Assembly (NCBI GenBank): GCA_008632985.1
Contig: QPGO01000002.1
Location: 62,001-126,000 of the forward strand
Direction: 5' to 3'
DNA from: Psammoneis japonica
Taxonomy: Eukaryota
DNA length: 64,000 nt
Both the position numbers and the translations under genes were made by a program. The notes under the pieces were generated by a model, which worked only from the letters and a program-made list of their open reading frames with translations, had not been told where the DNA came from and searched no databases. Below are positions 12,018 through 24,559 of this stretch, one piece after another. Numbering within the stretch: the stretch's first letter is position 1; every line of letters starts with the position of its first letter.

Positions 12018-13019
12018 GGTCAGTGGGTCGGTGGGTTGGCGGGTTGGTGGGTTGGTGGGTCGGTGGGTTGGCTGGTCGGCGGGTCGGTGGGTCGGCGGGT
12101 CGGCGGTTGGCAGGTCAGCGGGTTGACAAGTCGGCAGGTTGGTGGGTCATCGCTGAAGTTCCTTTTCATCCAACGCCCTGATTCTCCTTGTCCCTGATGG
12201 GCTCCAGTCCCAGGTGGGACGTTTTGTGACACTCGGCTCACAGAATTCTGTGCAACTTCATTTCCAAGGCTTCAATCTTCAGCAAATGGAAAAATTTCTT
12301 TCAAATGGATGCTGCCAAAGCCTGTGATGGGAGAAGGTTCTCACGCATTGTGGAGTTGCGTCAGATTTTTCACGGTGAGATCCACTGGTTCTTCCTGCAC
12401 TCATTTGTCCAAGGAACTTTTCAAAAGGATTTCAAACCTCTTAAGAAGAAGATTGGGTGGGTTGCATTCTTTTGGTTTGGATGCATTTCTCAGTGCATTT
12501 GCAAATGACGCAGAAGAAAAAAATGTCAAAAACTGTTGAATGGATCACCCAGCAACTGTGCTGGAGTGAACAGCAAACTGCGTTGATTTGGCTGACAGCA
12601 CAGCCAATGTGCGGGTGCGCCTTGACAATCTGTTGCACTGCATTCTGACATTGTGGAATGAAAAGAAAAACTTCAGTCTACATTGATCCATCACAACAGA
12701 AGCATGTGAGCTTTCCCTGGCCCTTTTGGAGCAATCGGGCAAGTGAAAGAAGAGCTGCAGAAAGATGCGGATGATGCCATTTTGATGCATGGTCATCACG
12801 TGGTGTCATCGTGAGTTGCTGATGGGCATGCCATGCTTTCTGTTTTTGCACTGTGTCTGTGTGGGAATGCACGTGCTTGGCTCTCGTGCAGTTTCTACAC
12901 AAAAAGTGTGCCAGGCTGTCTCCGGACCGCCCCCTCAAATGGAACATCATGATGGAGTCAACTTTTTACATTGCAGTCAACTTGTGGGTTTTGCACGTCC
13001 TCAATCGGCATCACCCTGA

Positions 13020-13550
13020 GGTGATGTTGTGCCAAAACAAATTGCAATGGCGCCAGTGCCCCTCACTGCCAGATGCCAGGCTTCGCGGATGCTTGACTTG
13101 AATGTTGGTTGTGCCATGGCCAACCAGCTGCGCAGTCTGTGGGTTGAACAAGTGAGGTGCTCCTCCACTGAACTGAGCAACTCGGATTGATTGCACGCTG
13201 AACAGTTGTCTGCCTTGGAGTGGATGGCTCATGCTTCTGCCTCGGTGTCACGGTGCTGTGAGGACTTTCTTGTGCCCAAATTGTGCCCATGTGCAGCATC
13301 ATCATGGAGAGTTCCCGCCATTGGGGGCACACAAAACTGCCAATCGCAGTGGCCCAATCTGAGTGCTTTTCCATGTTCGACAAGGAGCGGCACAATCCAG
13401 TTGACAGCAAGCATGATGGCTGGGCTTCATTCCACAAAAGATGAGAAGCGCCTGTTGAAAATCTGTCTCCAACCAATTTCGTCTTGAGCTTGAAACACCG
13501 CCACAGCACTTTGACGGACATTTGCTGAACACAACACCTTGTTGTGAAAC
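13020..13550 (-). mobile_element. 3' fragment of a non-LTR (LINE) element
   Basis: QDEIGWRQIFNRRFSS, W..L...AAHG and HRDTEA match the C-terminal segments of the LINE copies at 39.5-40.1 kb and 42.7-43.2 kb. Confidence 0.65.
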
Positions 13551-13552
13551 CA

Positions 13553-13845
13553 ACATTTCCGCATTTTTGCATTTCCGCATTTCCTCATTTTTGCATTTTC
13601 ACATTTTTGCATTTTCGCATTTCCGCATTTCCGCATTTTTGCATTTTTGCATTTTTGCATTTTTGCATTTCTGCATTTCTGCATTTCTGCATTTTTGCAT
13701 TTCCGCATTTTCTCATTTCTGCATTTTCGCATTTGGGCATTTGGGCATTTGGGCATTTCTGCATTTCCGCATTTCCGCATTTCCACATTTGCGCATTTGC
13801 GCATTTGCGCATTTGCACATTTGCACATTTTCGCATTTTCGCACT
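13553..13845 (+). repeat. Octamer tandem repeat (GCATTTYY)n, about 35 units
   Basis: gcattttt/gcatttcc/gcatttct/gcatttgg/gcatttgc units. Confidence 0.95.
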
Positions 13846-14783
13846 TCCATGAAGCTCCAAAGGTGGTCTTCAAATCGAGGACAATCTTTGCACATGACCC
13901 ACCACATGTCACAGGGGGGCACTGAAGGGACACAGCCCACTGGCAAGGGCGCTGATCAAACAAGATTTGTGGGCAAAAATTCCGTGCTGCTGGAGTGCGC
14001 ACTTGTGCGAAATGGTGCAAACCCCAGAAAAGATGCAGCAAGCAGAAAGATCAGTGATGGAAATGGGAACAAATGGTGCTGAGAATTTGGAATTTCATGC
14101 CTGAAATTTGGCATTCACGTCACAACGGAAAAAGAGCTTTGTCCATGGTGGAAACACTTGTCGGGAAATTCCGGAATGCACTGTCTGGCCAACACATTGA
14201 CATGTGATCTCCTGCACACTTCAAGCCAAATCCACCTCAATGAAGGTCAAGTGCAGAACAAAAGTCTCCAAGAACATGGAGCGCATCTCAGTTTGGTTTT
14301 GCTGTGTTTTTGAACAAAGTTCCCTGGGATTGCCGCCTTTTGCCCTCTGTTTTTCCATGGAAAGGGTGAGCTCCCAGGGAATTGATCACAGGCTTTGGCA
14401 GCATCCATTTGAAAGAAATTTTTCCAATTGCCAAAGATTGAAGTCTTAAAAATGAAGTTGCACAGAATTCCACCAGCCGAGTGTCACAAAACGCCCCACC
14501 TGGGACTGGAGCCCATCAGGGACAAGGAGAGTCAGGGTGTGCCCGCTGACACGCCGACACGCCAACCTCATGTGAATGTCTTTTCAATTTTTTTTTGCAA
14601 AGGTGACAAAATGCTGAATGTTGAGCAAAGGGTGTGTGAACATTTTTGCTGAGCTTCTGAGAGTTGAACAAGGTCAAACTTGAGCCTTTTTCCTTTGACA
14701 ATGGAAAATGATGGTGTCGAAAAGTGCACCAACATTCTTCATGGGGCAAATTTCTTCATTGCTGGACATCAAATCACATCCCT

Positions 14784-15266
14784 TGGTTGGTTGGTCAGTG
14801 GGTCGGCGGGTCNNNNNNNNNNNNNNNNNNNNNNNNNNNNNNNNNNNNNNNNNNNNNNNNNNNNNNNNNNNNNNNNNNNNNNNNNNNNNNNNNNNNNNNN
14901 NNNNNNNNNGGGTCGGCGGGTCGGTGGGTGGGCAGGTCGATGGGGCGCCCCATCAAATTTCTTCATTGCTGGACATCAAATCACATCCCTTGGTTGGTTG
15001 GTCAGCAGGTCGGCAGGTCTTTGGGTTAGTGGGTTGGTGGGTCGGCTTGTCGGTGGGTCGGCAGGTTGGTGGGTTGGCGGGTTGGTGGGTCGGTGGGTCG
15101 GCAGGTCTGCAGGTCTGCAGGTCAGCGGGTGGGCGGGTCAGTTGGCGGGTCGGCAGGTCGGCAGGTCAGTGGGTTGGCGGGTCAGCGGGTTGGCGGGTCG
15201 GCGGGTCGGTGGGTCGGCAGGTTGGCAGGCAGGCGGGACGGCGGGCAGGTGGGTCGGTGGGTTGGC
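14784..15266 (+). repeat. GGTY-GGYR octamer satellite arrays (include N gap 14813-14909)
   Basis: Each array is preceded by aatttcttcattgctggacatcaaatcacatccctt. Confidence 0.85.
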
Positions 15267-16341
15267 GCTGAAGTTCCCTTTCATCCCATGCCCTGATTGT
15301 CCTTGTCCCTGATGGGTTCCAGTCCTGGGTGGGATGTTTTGTGACACTCGGCCCGCAGAATTCTACGTGCGAGCTCTGCAGTGCAAGAATTTCATTGATG
15401 GACATTTTCATCTTCAAGTGCATTTGTGCTTTTCCACACTCAAAGTTTTTGGCAATCTGCCTGCCCTGCGCCATTCTCAATGCATTTGCAAATGACGCAG
15501 AAGAAAAAAATGTCAAAAACTTTGTGGTTTGCATTTGTGTCCACGCCACACAAGAAGGAATGCATGGCACACTGTGTTCTGCACACAAGACAGGTCAAAG
15601 GAAAGAACAAGCATGGCCACTCAATCCGCCATTTTTTAGCAACCTTGTGAGGTTCTACTTTTTCCTCAGCCTTCGTTCTAGATGCCTCATGGTTTGCATT
15701 TGCAGCTGCACGACGTCAAAGTGATTCTAAACGATTTGCTTCATTCTGCACATGTGAGATGTGTTGATTGGTAAAATGAGCAAGACCGTTCAATCTGTCA
15801 CATTTTCATTGGCCATGCATGGTTCTACTTTTTCCTTGGCCTTTGTTCTAGATGCCTCATGGTTTGCATTTGCAGCTGCATGACATCAAAGTGATTCCAA
15901 ACAATTTGCTTCATTCTGCACATGAGATGTGTTGATTAGAAAAATGAGCAAGACCATTCAATCCGCCATTGCGAATGCTCCATGGCATGTTGCCCATTTT
16001 TGTTGCGTTGCTCGATTGTTGATTTGCGCATCTGATGTGTGGCTCCATGCATGCTGGCACGTAGAACGCGCAGCAATGTACGAGAGGGGAAGCACGGGGA
16101 ATTGCCAATGCATCATTTTTTATTCGTGTGTTGGGCACACATGTGATGAAGGGCAGTTCGTGGCAATTCTCCGGGAATTCACCCTTTCCACAGAAAAACA
16201 GGGCAAAAGGTGGTGATCCCGAGGAGTTTTGTTCAAAAACATGGGAAAACCAAACTAAGATGCACTCCATGTTTTTGGAGACTTTTGTTCCACACTTGAC
16301 CTTCATTGAGGTGGATTTGGCTTGAAGTGTGCAGGAGATCA

Positions 16342-16619
16342 TGACAGGATTTGAACAGGATTTGGGTGCGCGCGAAATGTCGTGTGCTGTTTAGTTTGCC
16401 GCACACAGTTTTGTGTGCTCTTTAGTTTCGCGCGCACGCGCGCGATGTGGTTTGCTTTCGAGCCACTCGGCTCACAAGAATGACAACAGCAGCCCGATTG
16501 GGCCGACTTGCACGTCTTTCGGCTCCTGCAATGGTCTCTGAGTGGAGACTCATCTGCTGTTTAGACAGCAGCAAGGAGTCATTGTTTGAATTCTTGCCAT
16601 TTGCCTTTAATTTCTGTCA
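16342..16619 (+). repeat. 5' LTR of copia element
   Basis: Direct repeat of 23152-23429. Confidence 0.95.
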
Positions 16620-17550
16620 GATTGACAGTCTTGCTCATTGTCAACCCATTGAGCAACCGCCATCATCGTCGTTGATTTGCCGATGATGCTGTTTCAATTC
16701 TGCGTGGACCTCCGTGTGTGTTCCACGTGTGCATCGGCAAGTCTGCACGCATTCAACACCAGGCATCGGCAGGAATTTAACATCACCGTCAAGTCTCCTT
16801 GCCGCTGGATGTCTGGATTGATTGTGCTGCCTTTTGTCGCTGAAGACACACATTCAACGGTTGTGTCCAAGTCTGTCCTTGATCCTCATTCCTTGATGTG
16901 TCCATTCAATGGTTGACGGTCAAGAGCCCTGCGTGTTCAAAGATCTTTGTCACTGAAGACATGTGCACACATGTGTGTCTTCACGGCCAAGAACTTGAAC
17001 CCACTCTTTGGACTGCGGCTTTGCCACCACTCTGCAAGCACACCGAGTCTGTTGCACTTGATCTGCCCCGGACTGCTGGTGCTCCACAGTTCTGCCAGGC
17101 CCACAAGGATGACTGTGAGAGCAAGCAGCCATGATTGCAGCCTGCGTTGGAGCAAGGGTGTTTTCCCGCGTTTGTTCGTTCGTCCACAGCGCCTGACGCC
17201 TGCGTCAACTGGCCAGCCTGATTGGGAAATCCAACTGATGTAAAATGAGAACGGCTCGGGGGTCTTGTCCACCTCTGGTCAGCTTGCCTGCAGGGGTTTG
17301 CAACCCGCTGTTCCGCTTGCAAGCAACCCAAAGCGCCGCTGGCTGCAGGTTCGGATGTGCCGGCACAACTCTACGGACCGGATGGGAAGTTTAGCACTTG
17401 ACAACGAAGGGGACAGCACACCCCGGCGACTTCTGATTTTAAGATGGTTCAAGATTTCAAGTCAAGTCCATTTCAAGTCAAGTCCATTCCCACTCAAGTT
17501 TCAAGTCTACCTCCGTGTCCTGACAAGAATCACTTGTCCTGACACCACTT

Positions 17551-19530
17551 TTGTCTGCCATGGTTCTCACCCATCAGCAACAAACCGATGGTTTTGAGCA
17601 CGTTGTTGGAACCGTGCTTGCCCAAGGTGCTGGAAGCCCTCTTTGTTTGGCTTTGACCCACGACGGCACGGACTCGCACCAAGAACTGTTCACGTTCACA
17701 CCTTCCCAAATCGACTCGCTTGAGTGCGATGACGGCACCAATGTGATCCCATTGCCCCGAGGTTGTGAGAACATGTCAGCAGCTCTAGTTGGTCTGCACA
17801 TTGTCAAAGCACACAAGGGCCTTGATGTTGCCAATGACTCTTCGTTGTTCACGCATGATGAGTTCCTTGCCTGCCGCCTCAGTCCCGACTGCATGTCTTC
17901 TGTGTCCGTCGGCAGCTCACCTCTTGCACCTCCGCACGTCACCAACCCGACCAAGGCACGCAACCCAGTGAAAGATTTTAAGCGAGGCATCAAGCGTGAC
18001 CCCACTGCTTTCACGGCTCTCAAATCCAACAAACAGTGGCACACTTGGCACACCTCACTTGTGGCACAAGCCCATGCCCAAGACGTCGAGTGCACTCTAG
18101 ACTCATCGTACAAACCGACCAGCCCTGAAGACAAACTGCTCTTTGCTGAACAGCAAAAGTGCATGTTCGCCATCTTCGAACGCATCCTTCTCACCGACAA
18201 GGGCAAGGCTCTCATTCGCAAAAATGTGGGGTCTTCTGACGCCCAGACCGTCCACCTTGCCTTGTCCGAGTGTGCGCTTGCCTCCACCCATGCATCTGTC
18301 GAGTCCTCCACCTTGCTCACGCACCTCACCACCGCACGCCTTGGTGATGGTGCTTGGAAAGGTCCAACCCAAGGGTTCATCCTTCATTGGCAGGATCAGT
18401 TGCGCAAGTGCGAGGCACTCATCCCGGCCAGTGACCACTTCTCTGAAGGACAGAAGCGCGTCATGCTCAAAAATGCCGCACATCCTGTTGAGGAACTCTG
18501 CGCCGTCAAGAACCAAGCTGATCAACATCGCACGCAGAGTGGCAAGAGCCTCATGTGCGATCAACATTGTGGCTTGCTCCTCTCCGCGGCCGCTCAATGT
18601 GACAGCACGTTTCAACCCAAGATGACACCTCGCGCTCCCTGCCGTGCCACATGTGCGCACGACATCTGCTCCAAGGAACCATCCGATGATGTGTTCTACG
18701 ACATCGACAGCGACATTGACGTCCTGCAGGCTGACACTGCCTGCACCCGCGGTCCCAGCCTCTCTGGCGACCAATGGAAACGTCTCCCTCCCGACCACCA
18801 ACGGATTTGGGATTCGTTGCCCCATTCCTCCAAGGCGATCATCCTTGAGCACTCTCGTCCGCCTCCTCGCAACCCACGAGCAGTCAACTGCCATGAGTCT
18901 GTTGCGGTCAACCTTCACGACCAACGACTTGGGAGTGACGGTGATGTCAACTTGCCCGCCACGACTCTGGCAGACTCTGGTGATCCCGCTCCGAATGTGG
19001 GTGCCACTTCAGACAATCCCATTCTGGCGCATCTCACCAAGTGCAAGCCACTGCCACCCGGTGATCTGCAATGCCTGTTGTCTCCTGACCAAGCCCCCAA
19101 GGCCAGTCGACCGGGCCCATCCGCCGCTCCCTCTACCTCGCCTGCTCCTCCAGATGACATGGAACTCAACGGCCGCACTCACCGCCGCGTCAATGACCAC
19201 AATGTCATTTGCTCTGCCTCTGCTCATCGCTCCACATGCACTGGTGCTCTGGTCAATCGTGGAGCCAACGGCGGCATTGCTGGCGATGACGTTCACGTCA
19301 TTGCACGCACCTCTCGCCAAGTCGACGTTCAGGGCATTGACAACCATCAATTGGTGGACATCCCCATTGTCACCGCTGGTGCCATCATTGAGACACAGCT
19401 TGGTCCCGTCATCGCCATGATCCTCCATCAGCATGCACACACGGGAAAGGGCAAGACCATTCATTCCTGTGGCCAGCTCGAATGGTGCAAACACGATGTC
19501 AAACGGCTTGCAGCGCATCGCCACCCCTGA
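17551..19530 (+). pseudogene. copia gag-protease
   Basis: FKRGIKRDPTAF...W..W, F.EQQKCMFAIFE..L.TDKGK, FILHWQDQLR; protease LVNRGANGG (=DRGANGG of CoDi elements). Confidence 0.88.
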
Positions 19531-20785
19531 TGGCCATGTCATCCCAATTGACATCAAAGGTGGCCTGCCTCATGTTGCCATGTGGCCCTGCACTGATGAC
19601 GAATGGGACACCCTGCCACATGTCATCCTTGCCGGTGATGACACATGGGACCCTTCCGTCCTCGATCACTCTGTCACTGACGACGACCAGTGGTGCGACG
19701 TGATCTCTGACCTGCAGGACGATCCCACCGCCAACCCATTTGACGAGCACGGCAACTGCCGTCACCGTGTCATTGTCAACAAGGCCATCATGTCCGCCTC
19801 CTTGTCTGCCGATCACGCGTCCGCCCTCGATGACCACCTCATTCCGAATGAAGACGTGTTCTGCGAGTGTCATCTACACGCGATTGACCCCAAGGACGAC
19901 GACGTTCCGCCTCCGGAGCACAATGTGCAGCCCAAGGACCCCCCCTGCGAGTCTCTTTGGCCCTGCTTTGGTTTCCAACCTGCCGACACGGTTCGTCGTG
20001 CTTTTGACTGCACCACGCAATGCGCCCGCATGCCCGCCGGTGCACACCTCAAGAAGGCCTGCAAATCGTCCAACCCAGCCCTTGATGTGCACCGCCGCAA
20101 CAAGCCTGTCGCCACTGACACCGTTCATGCTGACACCCCGGCCGTTGACTCTGGTTGCACCAGCACCCAACTGTTTGTTGGCACTGAGTCTGCCGTCACT
20201 GACGTCTGCGGCACCAAAACCGACAAAGAGTTTGTCAACACACTCGAGGATCAGATCCGTGAGCGCGGTGCTCCATCCAAACTCATCAGCGACTGTGCTC
20301 AAGTTGAGATCAGCAACAAGGTGCTTGGGATTCTACGAGCCCTCTTCATCTCCAGCTGGCAAAGCGAGCCTCACCAGCAACACCAAAACTTTGCCGAATG
20401 CCAACACCAGACCGTGAAGCGCATGGCGAACACCATCATGGACCGTTTCGGTTCACCTGCCCACACATGGTGCTGGCTCATGCACGTTTGCTTCATGCTC
20501 AACCACACAGCGTCCCCACGTCTCCACTGGCACATGCCCCTCAAGACTCTCACTGGCTCCACCCCGGACATCAGCCCGTTGCTTCGCTTTCACTGGTGGG
20601 GACCCGTGAGCTTCCACCTTGATGACTCCGATTGGCCGTCCGAATCCCGTGAGTTGTGTGGATGCTTTGTTGGCATTGCTGAACACATCGGCCACCAGAT
20701 GACCTTCAAGGTTCTTTCTGATGACACTCAGAAGATCCTCCACTGGTCCAATGTACGATCCGCTGCCACCGATCCTTCTGTTTGA
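19433..20785 (+). pseudogene. copia integrase region
   Basis: VATDTVHADTPAVDSG, RGAPSKLISDCAQVE, SEPHQQHQNFAE, TPDISPLLRF, GCFVGIAEHIGH. Confidence 0.9.
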
Positions 20786-20893
20786 AACCTGCATCTTGAT
20801 CCTCCTGATGGGGAGCCACCTGAACCCATCATCAAATCTTGCCATGATGACAACCCCATCGATTCACCTGATGGGGAGATCAGGACACCCAAG

Positions 20894-23130
20894 ATGCCAG
20901 TTTTTGATCCGCAAGACATCATCGGACACACCTTCCTCATGCAGTCACAAGAGGATGGACAATGCCACAGAGCTCACATCGTCAAGGCCGTCAAAGATCA
21001 CGACTGGAAAGTGAACGGCAACCCCGAGCTCACTAAGTTTGTTTGCTCTGTCAACAACGACGAGTGCGAGGAAGTCCTGGCCTGCAACGACATCATGAAT
21101 CACATTGAGCAAGAAGACGAAGACACTGCTGTTTGGAAATTCCGATGCATTGTGTCACACGAAGGACCTCTGAAGCCTCATGACCCAACCTGGAAAGGCT
21201 CAAGCTACAACATCATGCTTGAATGGGAAAGTGGGGAGTTCACGTCCGAGCCTCTTGCCATCATCGCCAAGGACGACCCTGTCACCTGCACCATCTGTGC
21301 ACAAGAGAACGGACTTCTTGACACTGATGGCTGGAAGCGGTTCCGCACCATCGCGAGGCGCCAGAAGAAGCCACTCCGCATGACCAACCAAGCCAAGCTT
21401 TGCTCCTTCCGCACTGCACCTCGCTGCAAGCATGGATGCGAAGTTCCCCGGAACTGCAAACATGCCATGTCCCCAGACGAATGCAACGGCAACCGCAAAT
21501 GGGGAGACGCAACCAATCTCGAGATGGACCAACTCAATGAGTGCAAAGTCTTTCATGACTGCGGGCCCTCCGAGTCTTCCACTCCTCCTGCGGGACACAA
21601 GAAGATCCAAGTGCACCCAGTGTGCGATGTGAAACACAACGGCCACCACAAGGCACAACTTGCAGCCGATGGACACATCACGGACGCACCCATTGACAGT
21701 GTCTGCTCTGGAGCAGTCTCCCTTCGTGGCCTTTGGCTGATGATTTTCCTGGCCAAACTCAACAAGTTGGAGACATGGGCCACCGACATTGGCAATGCCT
21801 GCCTTGAAGCCACCACCAAGGAGAAACTGCACATTGCTGCTGGACCCGAATTTGGCAAACTCGAAGGCCACATTCTCGTCATCTACAAGGCCCTGCATGG
21901 ACTGCGCAGCTCTGGCCTCCGCTGGCACGAGCGCTTCACTGACTGCCTGTGAGTTGAAGGTTTCTTCCCCTGCCGCACCAAACCCAACATTTGGATGTTC
22001 AGGAATGGCAACCACTGCGAATGAGTTGCCGTTTGTGGATGACCTCACCATTGCCATGAAGGATCCTCAATCTTTCGTCGATGCTCTCATGGAAAAGCAC
22101 AAGTTCAAGCTCAAGGGTGCGGGACCGATTGAGTTCCATCTGGGCTGCGACTTCTCCCGGGACCCTGACGGCACCTTGTGTCTGTCTCCGCGCAAGTGCA
22201 TCAAACACATGGTCGACAGCTGCACACGACTGTTTGGGGAGAAACCTGCTGCCAACATCCTGTCCCCTCTGGAAAAGGGTGACCACCCTGAACTGGACAC
22301 TTCCGAACTGCTGGAGCCCAATGGCATTCAACAGTTCCAGTCTCTTGTCGGTTCCCTCCAATGGGCAGTGTCTCTTGGTCGAATTGACATTGCCACGGCC
22401 GTCATGTCACTCTCTGGCTTCCGAGCTGCGCCCCTTCAAGGCCACTTGGATCGTGCCAAACGCGTCTGTGGGTGCCTCTCCAAGATGCGACACGGCGCTC
22501 TCCGTGTTTGCACGGAGGAGCCCAACTGTTCGGATCTCCCTGCACCAGCCTGTGAATGGATGCATTCCGTGTGCGGTGAAGCAGAGGAGATGATCCCGAA
22601 GGATGCTCCACCGCCCCTTGGCAAGTTTTTCACTGCCACCCACTGCGTCGACGCAAACTTGTGTCATTGCATGCTCACCGGATGCTCTGTCATGGGAATG
22701 CTCCACTTCCACAACAAATTCCCGGCTGATTGGTTCTCCAAGAAGCAAGCCACCATGGAGACTGCGACCTGCGGGTCCGAATTTGTTGCTGCAAGGACTT
22801 GTGTCAAGCAGACCATTGACCTGCGCATCACCTTGCGTCACCTCGGCATCCCAATCCGTGACATCAGTTGCATGTTCGGTGACAACAAGTTGGTTGTGGA
22901 CAGTGCCACCATCCCGCACTCCAAGTTGCGCAAGCGACACACCGCATCATCGTTCCATCATGTGCATGAGGCGATGGCCTCTGGTTGCCTTGAGCTCCAC
23001 TTCATCGAAGGCTCCCGCAACCCTGCTGACATTCTTGGCAAGCATTGGGGTCATTCCCAAATCTGGGACCTTCTCCGTCCCCTCATGTTTTGGAACTTCA
23101 TTCCATCCAAAGTCGAATCTGTTTCTGTGA
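20894..23130 (+). pseudogene. copia reverse transcriptase and RNase H (stops and frameshift near 21950-22030)
   Basis: WATDIGNACLEA (=NAYLEA), KALHGLRSSG (=ALYGL), FVDDL, CVDANL (=YVDANL), ETATCGSEFVAA, MFGDNKLV, NPADIL. Confidence 0.93.
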
Positions 23131-23151
23131 CTCCTCAAGCAAGCTGGGGAG

Positions 23152-23429
23152 TGACAGGATTTGAACAGGATTTGGGTGCGCGCGAAATGTCTCGAGCCAT
23201 TTAGTTTGCTGCACACAGTTTTGTGTGCTCTTTGGTTCCGCGCGCACGTGCACGATGCAGTTTGCTTTCGAGCCACTCGGCTCACAAGAATGACAACAGT
23301 GGCCCAATTGCACCGACTTGCACGTCTTTTGGCTCCTGTGACGGTCTCTGAGCAGAGACTCATCTGCCATTTAGACAGCAGCAAGGAAGTGTTTTTTGAA
23401 TTCTTGCCATTTGCCTTTAATTTCTGTCA
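23152..23429 (+). repeat. 3' LTR of copia element
   Basis: Direct repeat of 16342-16619. Confidence 0.95.
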
Positions 23430-23682
23430 GATCACATGTCAATGTGTTGGCAAAACAGTGCATTCCAAAATTTCCCCAATTTGTCACCAGCTGGCCCTGG
23501 GAAGAACACAGTTGCTGCCGCAAGTTGTGGCTGTGATCATGCATGTTGTGCACTGAATGACAAAACCCAATGGTGCCAACAAGTTCAGCACCATTTCGCC
23601 TTCTGTGGTGTGTGTGCACAATGCACTGTGCTCATTTTTGGCAAAAACACCTTGCACTTTGCAAGGCATCCTGAACTCAACA

Positions 23683-24420
23683 TCAATCTGTTTCTCTGGG
23701 ACACGTCAAAACATCACTCAGTGCAAAGGAACCTTTCGAACATCTGCTCTGGTGCACTGTGCTCAAAGAACAAGCACAAAGGAAAGCAGACCCTCCTTCT
23801 TCGTTTTTGGAGAGCAAGGCCCAAAGATCAATTAGATTCTGGAAAAATTGAGTCATCCCAAAACGACTGTCGCACCACTCTCCATCTGGCATCCAGCAGC
23901 AGCCCAACATGATTTGGTCGAACCCATGATTGTCAAAATCAACAAGTTTCTCAAACTGCTGCTTGGCTCTCTTGACGAAATCTCTTGCTTTCACATTGCA
24001 ATTCAAGTGCAGATCAGGATGGCCGTCTTGGAGAGAAACTGTTGGAATGACGTTTGTGATTGTTTTGTCAGTTTCCTCAAATGCCATTGCGTGTGCCTCA
24101 TCTCGCCTGTGTTGGTCGGACGACACCAAGGCCACCCCCTTCTCAGAGCACAATTCTTGAGAAGACAGTTGCCTTGCATTGATCGGATGGGTCCTCCCCA
24201 ACCACAGCACATTGTGTGTTTCCCCATCAGCTTTGTCACTGGCGAAACAATCTCCCAAGTTGCTGTGGTCCTCTTCACCCTTGGAGCAATGTGCAACTTG
24301 GTTGTGCTCATCGTCAATGGGCTCTTCGCTTTTGTCCTCTTCACCCACACAAGCAGTTGGAAGTTCACTTGTTTTCTCGTCAATTGACTCCTCCTTGCAA
24401 TCATCACTTTTGTTCATTGC
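23683..24420 (-). pseudogene. Hypothetical protein, possible Rossmann-fold methyltransferase-like
   Basis: VLWLG...TVS...HLNCNV...FDQIMLGCCWMP (restores to FDQIML[D/G]YYWMP); strand spacing is compatible with MTase motifs I-IV. Confidence 0.3.
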
Positions 24421-24559
24421 GAATGACAACAAATCACCGGCGGCCTTCTTCCTGAAATGACAAGAATTCAATGTGATGATGTCAGCACAATCAGACAAAA
24501 AACAAATGTGATTGCCATGAAAAAGCAACCTCTCTTTGCCGTTCCAGTTCGGCTCGAAC

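Larger units (their letters stand above)
7990..16341. repeat. Mosaic of duplicated and inverted repeat modules
   Basis: 7995-8250 matches 14005-14260 and 11345-11504; tgatctcctgcacacttcaagccaaatccacc occurs at about 8195, 11255, 11452 and 14205, and inverted at 16310; 8995-9305 is an inverted copy of 23480-23790. Confidence 0.85.
16342..23429 (+). mobile_element. Ty1/copia LTR retrotransposon (diatom CoDi-like), full-length, inactivated
   Basis: 278-bp LTRs TGACAG...CTGTCA, perfect 5-bp TSD GATCA (16337-16341 and 23430-23434), PPT ggggag before the 3' LTR, gag-PR-IN-RT-RH order. Confidence 0.97.

Noticed and set aside
9460..15350. Repetitive ORFs (VGWL, PTNQ, KCKNA, FLHF)
   Set aside because: These are translations of tetramer and octamer satellites and N gaps, not genes.
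1296..23204. Alternative genetic code with Tyr reassigned
   Set aside because: Two different codon classes replace Tyr, non-coding DNA is equally affected, and the 52-55.8 kb island uses TAY normally.
1091..23429. ADAR-type RNA editing fixed by reverse transcription
   Set aside because: Both A>G and T>C occur on the sense strand, paired LTRs are mutated independently, and DNA transposon, MITE and satellite sequences are affected too.
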